Below are positions 1 to 7,172 of a stretch of 15,575 bases of DNA, piece after piece. The stretch spans positions 1 to 15,575 of the forward strand of contig JBECKX010000058.1 of assembly GCA_040235515.1 (NCBI GenBank). The letters are read 5' to 3'. The notes beneath the pieces are model-generated. The model had not been told where the DNA came from, made no database searches, and saw nothing but the letters and a program-made list of their open reading frames with translations. Positions within the stretch are counted from its first letter, which is position 1. Each line of letters opens with the position of its first letter. This DNA is from Candidatus Zixiibacteriota bacterium (GTDB lineage Bacteria; Zixibacteria; MSB-5A5; CAIYYT01). The position numbers and the translations under genes are program-made.

Positions 1-1068
1 CTACTTCTTCGCACCCGCCTTCTCAGGCTCCGCCGCTTCCACCTCTGCAGCCTTCTTGCTGTGACCGTTGGTGAAAAGACCTGCCTTCTCGAAAATCTCG
101 CCTTTGAGCTTCTCGCGCAAATCAGGATTGTTGATCAAGAACGCCCTGGCATTCTCCCGTCCCTGCCCCATACGATCATCACCGTAAGAAAACCAAGTGC
201 CGGCGCGCTGAATCACATTGTATTTCTGGCCGATGTCGATCAACTCACCCTCGTAATTGATACCCTTACCGAACATGATATCAAACTCAGCTTCCTTGAA
301 CGGTGGCGCGACCTTGTTCTTCACGACGCGCACCCGCACGCGATTGCCGACGACTTCATCACCATCCTTGAGCGATGAAATCCGGCGAATATCAAGACGT
401 ACCGAGGAGTAAAACTTGAGCGCATTACCGCCGGTCGTTGTCTCCGGATTGCCGAACATCACGCCGATCTTCATGCGGATCTGGTTGATGAAGACGACAC
501 AGGTCTTTGACTTTGACACGGTACCGGTGAGCTTGCGCAATGCCTGCGACATCAGCCGCGCCTGCAAACCCATATGGGAATCACCCATCTCGCCATCGAT
601 TTCGGCGCGCGGCACCAGCGCCGCCACCGAGTCGATCACGATACAGTCGATCGCGCCGGAGCGGACAAGGGTCTCCGTGATTTCAAGTGCCTGCTCGCCC
701 GTATCGGGCTGGGAAATCAGCAGATTATCGGTGTCGACGCCCAGAGCCTTGGCGTAAGTCGCATCCAGGGCGTGTTCAGCATCGACGAACGCCGCTGTAC
801 CGCCGGCCTTCTGGGCCTCGGCAATGATATGCAGCGCCAGGGTCGTCTTACCCGATGACTCCGGGCCATAAAGCTCAACTACACGACCCCGTGGCACTCC
901 GCCGATACCGAGGGCAACATCGAGCGCCATCGAACCGGTGGAGATTGTTGGAATTCGATCAATGGCCGAAACCGCGCCGAGACGCATAATCGAGCCTTTA
1001 CCGAATTGCTTTTCTATGTGAGATACTGCGGCATCTAACGCTTTCTTTTTGCCGTCATCTGCAGCCAT
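1..1068 (-). CDS. recA: Recombinase RecA
   Basis: Walker [22 protein letters not shown] and GGNALKFY motifs. Start placed at ATG 1068 (MAADD) because the SD-like AAAGGA abuts the ATG at 1080. Confidence 0.99.
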   Translation of the reverse strand: MAADDGKKKALDAAVSHIEKQFGKGSIMRLGAVSAIDRIPTISTGSMALDVALGIGGVPRGRVVELYGPESSGKTTLALHIIAEAQKAGGTAAFVDAEHALDATYAKALGVDTDNLLISQPDTGEQALEITETLVRSGAIDCIVIDSVAALVPRAEIDGEMGDSHMGLQARLMSQALRKLTGTVSKSKTCVVFINQIRMKIGVMFGNPETTTGGNALKFYSSVRLDIRRISSLKDGDEVVGNRVRVRVVKNKVAPPFKEAEFDIMFGKGINYEGELIDIGQKYNVIQRAGTWFSYGDDRMGQGRENARAFLINNPDLREKLKGEIFEKAGLFTNGHSKKAAEVEAAEPEKAGAKK

Positions 1069-1303
1069 GGTAATGACCATCCTTTCTCGAGTGGTAATAG
1101 ATTTGCTGTAATGAAGCGGACAAAAATGTTGTTTGTCAAGCTCTACGCCGCGCTGCCTGACAGAAAGTGACAGTCAAAGTAGCATGAATGTGATTGACGT
1201 GTGGATTGAGGGGTTGGGCTACGACGCTCTAGTGCGTTTGAGAATGCAGCGCGTAGCTGATCGCCATGAGTGAGTCATACTTACGCAGCCGGTATCCAAC
1301 ATG

Positions 1304-1345
1304 CTCCCCTCGCCCGCTGGAGGGAGAGGGGCCGGGGGTGAGGGT
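1304..1345. repeat. Simple REP-like palindrome (minus strand ACCCTCACCCCCGG-CCCCTCTCCC...GAGGGGAG; 'PSPPAPLPPAGEG' type)
   Basis: Hairpin CCCCTC..GAGGGG followed by CCGGGGGTGAGGGT. It has the same scaffold as the arms of the composite element. Confidence 0.8.
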
Positions 1346-1411
1346 GGATCAACCCTGCCATAAACTGGTGACCCACACGTTGCCGCATTAATCACATACC
1401 ACGGGTAAACC

Positions 1412-1489
1412 TGTAGGGGCACGCTGTGCGTGCCCGCTTCCGCTCATGGCGGAGCCGGGAGCTGGGGGCATGTGCAACATGCCCCTACA
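1412..1489. repeat. GTAG-family REP doublet (REPIN-like)
   Basis: TGTAG-GGGCACGC-tgt-GCGTGCCC and the inverted partner GGGCATGT-gca-ACATGCCC-CTACA. GTAG plus a hairpin is the canonical RAYT-associated REP layout. Confidence 0.8.
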
Positions 1490-1813
1490 AGGATAGGTGG
1501 CGTAGGTTTGGGACTGGGCCGGAGAGTCTCGAACCCACCACTCGCACCTCTGGCAAGCATGGCTATGGAACTGGATGTTACATCCCCAATCGGCGTGTAG
1601 CAACGCAAACCCCTCTTGAGAGGGGTCGGGCACGGATATCCCGCTCACGCGGGATTGAAGTGACCGGGGGTGTGTGGGAACTATCGTATCAACACCACCA
1701 CAAATTAGTGACCCAGATGTCGCTGCATTAATCGTAGGCCGCAGGCGAACCTATTGGGGCACACGCAACTTCCACAATCATACACCGTACAGTATACTTC
1801 AGGAGGTAATGCA

Positions 1814-1972
1814 ATGAAGACTCGCAATCTCGGCTATCTGGGTTTCTTAGGCTTGCTTGGGATACTCGGAACGCTGGGGGCTACGACCGACAATACCGCA
1901 TTGTACGCGTTCTATGGTTTCTTCGGGTTTTACGGCTTCTTTGGATTCTTTGGCCGATCAGAAGAAAAATAG
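1814..1972 (+). CDS. Small Gly/Phe-rich membrane protein, DUF3796-like (52 aa)
   Basis: AGGAGG at 1801-1806 and ATG at 1814. Sequence MKTRNLGYLGFLGLLGILG...FYGFFGFYGFFGFF has repeated Gxx hydrophobic triplets. Confidence 0.75.
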   Translation: MKTRNLGYLGFLGLLGILGTLGATTDNTALYAFYGFFGFYGFFGFFGRSEEK

Positions 1973-2010
1973 CCGACGCCACCTAACTCCAATACAGCGG
2001 ACTTCCAAAC

Positions 2011-2043
2011 AAAAGAGCCCCCGGCTCAGTCTACCGGGGGCTC
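2011..2043 (-). terminator. Rho-independent terminator between convergent genes
   Basis: Perfect 10-bp stem GAGCCCCCGG/CCGGGGGCTC followed by TTTTGTTT on the minus strand. Confidence 0.85.
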
Positions 2044-2071
2044 ATTCAGGTTAGTTGCAGGGAGACGTTTA

Positions 2072-2659
2072 CTAACTTATGCCATACTTCGAGAAATGGT
2101 AGATCGGGACCTGCGGATTGAAGAGTCCGCTGCGTGCCTCGATTTCCCACTTGTTGGTTTGAGGGTTGAAGTAGAAAAGTACTGCGGCAAGTCGATTGAG
2201 CGCAGCCTGGTTCGGTTGCACATACAGCGGATAGTTGAAAGTGGTTCCATCGGGACCACAGTCAAGTTCCCAGAACTTGCCGAACGGCGACTGACGTTCC
2301 GTGATATGAACAGTCAGTTCGATATACTTCTTCACTGCGCCATACGGCAGCGAGAAGCCAAGTTTTTCGTCGCCATGCACGACATCCACCTGCACCCCAT
2401 ACGGGCTGGCAGGAATCGTGATCGTTGTGTCGAAAACTACCGGGCATAGCTCGAGGCCCAGAATCGTCACACCTTGTGCACCTGATTCGCCGGCTGGGGC
2501 TGTCTGATTCAGCCAGTCAAGCGTCTGCTGTTCAACGTCAGGTGCCGGTGAGACGGCATTTGACGAACATCCCCCAATAATCAGAGCTACCACCAATGAG
2601 GCGATCATTGTCAGGAAGCTTACCGGAACGTACCATCGCTTGGGTATCAGAGTCGTCAT
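2072..2659 (-). CDS. Putative lipoprotein with ZU5-like beta domain
   Basis: SD GAGGAGG before ATG 2659. Hydrophobic stretch plus lipobox IGGC, a GPDGTTFNYP motif and C-terminal HFS. Confidence 0.7.
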   Translation of the reverse strand: MTTLIPKRWYVPVSFLTMIASLVVALIIGGCSSNAVSPAPDVEQQTLDWLNQTAPAGESGAQGVTILGLELCPVVFDTTITIPASPYGVQVDVVHGDEKLGFSLPYGAVKKYIELTVHITERQSPFGKFWELDCGPDGTTFNYPLYVQPNQAALNRLAAVLFYFNPQTNKWEIEARSGLFNPQVPIYHFSKYGIS

Positions 2660-3028
2660 AATTCCTCCTCCTGCCGACTGAAGGCAGGGACTAACATACG
2701 AAATGATTCTGGGGAGCATATTGTGCAACCATCTTGCCGAATTGTTCCATCGCGACACAGCATTTTCAACACAGCCTTAACTGACTGTAACTACGACGGT
2801 TACAGACTGAGGCCCTGTTCGCATCTTGAACGCAGGATTTGAACAGTTAAAAAAAGCGTGGAAAATGATAGGGGGAAGTCAATAGGGAGTGGGGGGCACA
2901 CCCACTCCCGGAAGGGAATCTTTACACCATTGGTCGTGGGATACCAGTCAGGTAGGTGCGAATTCATTCGCACATCAGAATCGCCCCAACAACTCAAAAC
3001 GATGGCTGAATCAACCCGGCCTGACCGA

Positions 3029-3252
3029 ACACACCCCCGCCGTGATGTTTCCGCTGGCACGAAACCATCCCGTCGACCCCTCTCAAGAGGGGTTGGGCTA
3101 CGACGCTCTGAACCATGATGCACGAATCCGAACCACGAGTCACGCTGAGATTGATTCCCGAATATTCTCCGCGCGAGAACCGCTAACCCCTATCGAGAGG
3201 GGTCGGGCGCGGTATTCCCGCACATGCGGGAATGACGTGACCGGGGGTGTGT
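3029..3252. mobile_element. Gene-free 224-bp composite palindromic element (copy 1; MITE/REPIN-like)
   Basis: 11-bp TIR ACACACCCCCG/CGGGGGTGTGT, nodes at 3077-3092 and 3187-3202, and a 94-bp spacer. Collinear with 6520-6743 and the same length. Confidence 0.85.
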
Positions 3253-3370
3253 GTGGATTGGAGAATCTACCTAAAAATGGATAGTGACATGAATCGCTGC
3301 ATAAATCACAACCCAAACGTTCGATACGTTTGGATATCAATCAATATCGCAGGGGAAGCTACTCGAAAGC

Positions 3371-3396
3371 TGGATTCCCGCCTGCGCGGGAATGAC
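3371..3396. repeat. dRS3-like palindrome ATTCCC-N8-GGGAAT-GAC
   Basis: TGG-ATTCCC-GCCTGCGC-GGGAAT-GAC matches the Neisseria dRS3 core pattern. Confidence 0.75.
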
Positions 3397-3432
3397 GGTG
3401 AGGATTCTCCTCACCTATCGGCGTAGCAGAGA

Positions 3433-3488
3433 TGTAGGTCAAGCTCACTTGGAACCGCACTGTCGGGTTTCAAGGAAACCCGACCTGC
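3433..3488. repeat. Degenerate GTAG-family REP doublet
   Basis: TGTAGGTC at 3433. Perfect 10-bp hairpin GTCGGGTTTC-aag-GAAACCCGAC followed by CTGC (GCAG on the minus strand). Confidence 0.6.
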
Positions 3489-3519
3489 GGCTTCTCGCCA
3501 TGTCGAAGCGCACGCCCCC

Positions 3520-3768
3520 CTACTTCCTAAACTTCTCGTCCCATTTCTCGCGGAGTTTGGCATTGAGGCGGTCGGAGAGACCTTTGGGGAGTTCCTCGCA
3601 TTGGCCGTTGTCGCGGCAAATCTTAACAGTCATCTTGAGGGAATCGACCATCAGCTTGCAGTTGTCGCACTGGCCGATATGTTTCTCGATCTCGGCGCAA
3701 AGTTCCGGGTCGAGTTCACCATCGAGGTATTCGTTCAGACCCTCAATATAATCAGCGCACTTTTTCAC
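3520..3768 (-). CDS. Zinc-binding anti-sigma factor (zf-HC2/ZAS)
   Basis: YLDGEL and HxxxCxxC (HIGQCDNC). GTG start at 3768 with GAGG SD, overlapping the end of the sigma gene. Confidence 0.92.
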   Translation of the reverse strand: MKKCADYIEGLNEYLDGELDPELCAEIEKHIGQCDNCKLMVDSLKMTVKICRDNGQCEELPKGLSDRLNAKLREKWDEKFRK

Positions 3769-4351
3769 CGGGATCCTCAATTCGTAATACCTTATCCAGT
3801 TTCTCTCGCAGCGCCAACCGCGCCCGCAGGATACGTGACTTGGTGGCGGCTTCCGTTAACCCGATCGACCTGGCGATCTCCTTGACCGACATCTCCTCGT
3901 GATAACGCAGCATGAACGGCACCGAATACTCGGCGCGCATCTCGTCGAGCGCTTCGTTAATCACCTGAGCTATTTCAGCATCCTCCATCACCTCGTGCGG
4001 ATTGCGCCACTGCGACAGTTTGTGACTGTGTTCGCTGTTGCCATGGCCACCCGCGGGCAGGAGGTCATCTATCGATTTCAAATCGGCGCGTTTTTCTTTG
4101 GCCAGGAAGGCCCGCCCCTGGTTCAACGCTATTGCGTAAAGCCAGGTTCCGAATGAGCTGTCGCCGCGAAACTGATCGATCTTATCGATCGCTTTCAGGA
4201 GGGTATCCTGAAGCACATCCTCGGCGTCGTGCTCATTGCCCGTAAGGCGCCGCGCCAGCGCAAAGAGCTGGCGTTCATAGTTTTTTACGAGCTGGGCGAA
4301 GGCGTCGTAATCTCCAGCCTGCGCCTGCTGAACAAGCTTTCTTTCATCCAT
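3752..4351 (-). CDS. ECF RNA polymerase sigma factor
   Basis: Region 2 (DAEDVLQDT, FGTWLYAIALN) and region 4 HTH (SVKEIA...KSRILRAR). Coupled to a ZAS anti-sigma gene. Confidence 0.95.
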   Translation of the reverse strand: MDERKLVQQAQAGDYDAFAQLVKNYERQLFALARRLTGNEHDAEDVLQDTLLKAIDKIDQFRGDSSFGTWLYAIALNQGRAFLAKEKRADLKSIDDLLPAGGHGNSEHSHKLSQWRNPHEVMEDAEIAQVINEALDEMRAEYSVPFMLRYHEEMSVKEIARSIGLTEAATKSRILRARLALREKLDKVLRIEDPGEKVR

Positions 4352-4434
4352 TGGATTCGAATATAGGGAGAATGATTCAGAAAAATAAGAAAAAAGCGGG
4401 GTGTGGCTTGCCGTGCCGACAAGCAGGCGAGGGA

Positions 4435-5457
4435 TTACAGTTTTACCAGATCGGTTTCAGGTCCCATCATGATCGTAAACTCGCGCAGCAGCTTCTTGTC
4501 GAATCCACCCTTCATGTTGTGCATGATCTTGAGGGCGGGGTAGGTATCGATTGCAGCCTGGTACACACGTTCCGTCGTTAGGGCATCGAAGACATCGGCG
4601 ATTGCCACGATCTTGCTGAAGGGGTGCTGATCCTTCTCGCTGGTGCCGAGCGGATAGCCCGAGCCGTCGAGGCGCTCATGGTGCTGTAGTACCGGATAGT
4701 ACGATTCCTTCTCGATCATGTCGGTTTCTTTGAGGATCTCACCGCCCCAGCCGGGGTGCTTCTTCATAATCTCAAATTCAGAACGATTGAGCGCAGTGCG
4801 CTTGGTAAGAATCCGTTCCGGGACCTTGCTCTTGCCGACATCGTGCAACAGCGCACCTGTACCCAGCGTCTTGAGCAGCTCCATATCGTTGATTTCGAGC
4901 TGTCGTGCCAGCGCCAGGGAGAAGGTGCAGACATTTACCGAGTGGGTGTAAGTATAGTAGTTAAAGGATGTAATCTTCATCAGGCTGACAAATGCTTCGC
5001 GCCCCTTGAGGATGTAGGAAATCGTGTTATCCACCATCTTCTGCGAGCGTTTGATATTCTCCGGATAGGTCGGATTGGCGAGGACATCCTTCACGAGAGC
5101 CTTGGAGGCTTCATAGAGGATACCGGCTTTCTTCTCTTCCGCCAGGGTCGGATCAGACATGATTTCCGGAAGGGCTTCCTCGACATAGCGCTGGTAAGCT
5201 TGTTTCGAATCAGATTTGATATAGATCTGGCTGACATTGTTTTCCTGCAGCTTGGAGAGCGAGGCAAGGGTAAATGGCAGCGCCGCCGAGCGATAGAGAA
5301 TCAGTTCGGTGCCGGTATAAATGTAGAGGTCGAAATTAAGAACCTTATCGACGATCAGCGAATCGACAGGGATTTGCAGATACGCCGGCTGTTGGTCTTC
5401 TTCACGCCTCTTAACCAGGTGATCCGAGAGTACAACCATCATCTGCTCTATCGACAA
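4435..5457 (-). CDS. HD-GYP domain c-di-GMP phosphodiesterase (start uncertain)
   Basis: HSVNV, LHDVGK, HHERLDGSGYP and IADVFDALT motifs. Confidence 0.93.
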   Translation of the reverse strand: MSIEQMMVVLSDHLVKRREEDQQPAYLQIPVDSLIVDKVLNFDLYIYTGTELILYRSAALPFTLASLSKLQENNVSQIYIKSDSKQAYQRYVEEALPEIMSDPTLAEEKKAGILYEASKALVKDVLANPTYPENIKRSQKMVDNTISYILKGREAFVSLMKITSFNYYTYTHSVNVCTFSLALARQLEINDMELLKTLGTGALLHDVGKSKVPERILTKRTALNRSEFEIMKKHPGWGGEILKETDMIEKESYYPVLQHHERLDGSGYPLGTSEKDQHPFSKIVAIADVFDALTTERVYQAAIDTYPALKIMHNMKGGFDKKLLREFTIMMGPETDLVKL

Positions 5458-5503
5458 AGAATGTAGTTTGCTATAGTTTTTGCTGAGACCTGCGCGGATA
5501 ACT

Positions 5504-5538
5504 AAACCGGCCCTGCGCAGATGGCACAGGGCCGGTTT
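5504..5538 (-). terminator. Rho-independent terminator (possibly bidirectional)
   Basis: AAACCGGCCCTG...CAGGGCCGGTTT stem, with T-runs on both strands. Confidence 0.75.
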
Positions 5539-5638
5539 TTACAGAAAGGGAGGGGGCCAAACTACCTTGAACTAATAACTTAGCAGCCAGGTCGTCTCGA
5601 CAGCGGTTCGGCGTTGCACCGCGACCGATCGTACGAGA

Positions 5639-6259
5639 CTAGCGCCCGTAACTTTTCACCAGCATCATCACCGATTGGAGGGAGGTGCTGATATTGGTGA
5701 GGGCTTTACTGTAGCGCTTGAGCAGTTCTGAGTACTGCCAGCGCATCGAGAAAGCCTTCTCAGGGAACTGGAAGGTATCAAGCAGTAGCTTGCGGTGGAT
5801 TTCGTCGATGTAACGAACTACATCGAACGGGTAATCAGTCAGGTCATCCTCGTTGGTATCGCCCTTGCTGAGGCGGTCGCGGTAGGCTTCGACCTTCTCG
5901 AGCACGACGGTACCGAAGCACCAGGGGGTCATCACGACGCCGAAGTTATTGGCTTCGGTGTAGAAGTCGTAAAGGGTGCGCAACAGAACTTCGAGCACTT
6001 TCTTGCGGGCTATGAGGTAGGCCCGCAGCTCGATCTGGTGGGGGGTAAGATCGGCGAGTTTGGCTTTGGTGTCCTTGAGATCTGCCAGCGCGCGCTGTTC
6101 GACCTGCTCCAGGAAACCATAGTAATCATCGAGATAGATTTTCACATTCTCACTGAGCGTGTAGATGAAGAAGCCGCCATCATCCTTCTTGACACGTGGT
6201 TCGACGCTCTTGGCGAAGCGCTCGGTCGGGAATCCTCGTTTCATTTCCTTGGCAATCAT
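5639..6259 (-). CDS. Hypothetical protein (206 aa, predicted helical)
   Basis: SD GGAAGGAG upstream of ATG 6259 and GC-rich third codon positions. The ORF-track extension to 6613 runs through repeats. Confidence 0.8.
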   Translation of the reverse strand: MIAKEMKRGFPTERFAKSVEPRVKKDDGGFFIYTLSENVKIYLDDYYGFLEQVEQRALADLKDTKAKLADLTPHQIELRAYLIARKKVLEVLLRTLYDFYTEANNFGVVMTPWCFGTVVLEKVEAYRDRLSKGDTNEDDLTDYPFDVVRYIDEIHRKLLLDTFQFPEKAFSMRWQYSELLKRYSKALTNISTSLQSVMMLVKSYGR

Positions 6260-6486
6260 CGTTGTGTCACTCCTTCCCTCTCTGAAGTTGCAAAGGAGTG
6301 AAATGCAACGGGTGTGCCGAAGTGAGTGGGTGTGCGTTTGAGAGCATGCTCCGGGACAGGTTGAGATGCGAGATGGTGTTAGGTCATGTGCATGAATTGA
6401 ACAGCGCGCGCAGGGGATTTCAGAGTGTGATCTTGGTTGCAGAACTGGGATGTTGAGGTATGCAAAGTGGCAGCGGAGGGACGGTT

Positions 6487-6511
6487 GGGTGCCCCACCGC
6501 TTTGCGGTGGG
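6487..6511. repeat. GGGTG-headed REP-like hairpin
   Basis: GGGTGC-CCCACCGC-ttt-GCGGTGGG, a perfect 8-bp stem located 8 bp before composite copy 2. Confidence 0.5.
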
Positions 6512-6519
6512 CTGTCGGG

Positions 6520-6743
6520 ACACACCCCCGCCGTGATGTTTCCGCTGGCGCGGAATTATCCCGTCGACCCCTCTCAAGAGGCGTTGGGCTGCGACGTAAC
6601 TACGATAGAGCAAAAGCTTGATAGAAATCGTCGCGATGAGATCGGTGCCTGAATAATAACAACGCGAGAAACGCTAACCCCTCTTGAGAGGGGTCGGGCG
6701 CGGAAATCCCGCGATAGCGGGAGAAACGTGACCGGGGGTGTGT
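6520..6743. mobile_element. 224-bp composite palindromic element (copy 2), abutting the DUF559 stop codon
   Basis: TIR, nodes 6568-6583 and 6678-6693, spacer 6584-6677 (94 bp). Its last base overlaps the TAA of the nuclease. Confidence 0.88.
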
Positions 6744-7117
6744 TAAACGCTTCTCCGATTCTCGATAATCCAACTAACTATCGCATCCACAACCCCTTGA
6801 ATGTTATCCATGACTTCCCGCTCTAGAAACCGAATGACAGTCAAACCTCGGCTTTGCAGCCAGGCCTCTCGATCTCGGTCGTAGTCGAGGCGATCATTGT
6901 GGGATGAGCCATCTACCTCAATGACCAACTCCAGTTCCTGGCAGATGAAATCCACGATAAATGTTCCGACCGGTCGTTGACGATGAAAATCGTAGCCCAT
7001 GATCTGTCGGCCCCTTAGGTATCTCCACAGTCTTTGCTCGGCAGGAGTGGGATTTTCCCGAAGCTTGCGTGCGCGTGATTCTGTGAGCCTCGAGTAAATG
7101 ATTATCCGCCTTTTCAT
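6743..7117 (-). CDS. DUF559 family endonuclease (Vsr-like PD-(D/E)XK fold)
   Basis: ARKLRENPTPAEQRLW, FHRQRP, FIVDF, LVIEVDGSSH, DRDREAWL and VIRF motifs are typical of DUF559. Confidence 0.93.
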   Translation of the reverse strand: MKRRIIIYSRLTESRARKLRENPTPAEQRLWRYLRGRQIMGYDFHRQRPVGTFIVDFICQELELVIEVDGSSHNDRLDYDRDREAWLQSRGLTVIRFLEREVMDNIQGVVDAIVSWIIENRRSV

Positions 7118-7123
7118 ATGGAC

Positions 7124-7152
7124 ATGATGTGATGAAGGAGCACTCGTGTCAA
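7124..7152 (-). promoter_or_regulatory. Putative sigma70 promoter of the DUF559 gene (leaderless)
   Basis: TTGACA (7152-7147), 17 nt, CATCAT (7129-7124), 6 nt, ATG. No SD present. Confidence 0.45.
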
Positions 7153-7172
7153 TCGCATTGAGTTAGCAAGTC

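Larger units (their letters stand above)
1208..1675. repeat. Disrupted, left-truncated copy of the 224-bp composite palindromic element (copy 0)
   Basis: 1208-1230 GAGGGGTTGGGCTACGACGCTCT is identical to 3087-3109. 1610-1675 is a node plus the 50-bp right arm ending CGGGGGTGTGT. The interior is expanded and contains other repeats. Confidence 0.75.

Noticed and set aside
1981..2056. Integron attC site after the small membrane gene (ACCTAAC...GTTAGTT)
   Set aside because: R' does not fit GTTRRRY, the L boxes are not complementary, the central hairpin is explained as a terminator, and there is no integrase.
2885..2909. Hairpin GGGAGTGGG-N7-CCCACTCCC
   Set aside because: Single occurrence with no T-tract and no link to the repeat families, so it cannot be assigned.
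2800..3340. Short ORFs over the repeats (also 1219-1731, 6437-6652, 7163-7610)
   Set aside because: They are translations of palindromic repeats (TPLERG, PSQEG, PLPPAGEG) with no SD or family signal.
4756..5466. Long antisense ORFs (also 5795-6301, 11589-12083, 14223-15002)
   Set aside because: Shadow frames of GC-rich genuine genes on the opposite strand.
5460..5638. c-di-GMP riboswitch upstream of HD-GYP
   Set aside because: No recognisable GEMM motifs; only a terminator hairpin. An Infernal/Rfam scan would settle it.
6260..6613. N-terminal extension of the 324-aa ORF
   Set aside because: It runs through repeat DNA, and a strong SD supports the start at 6259.
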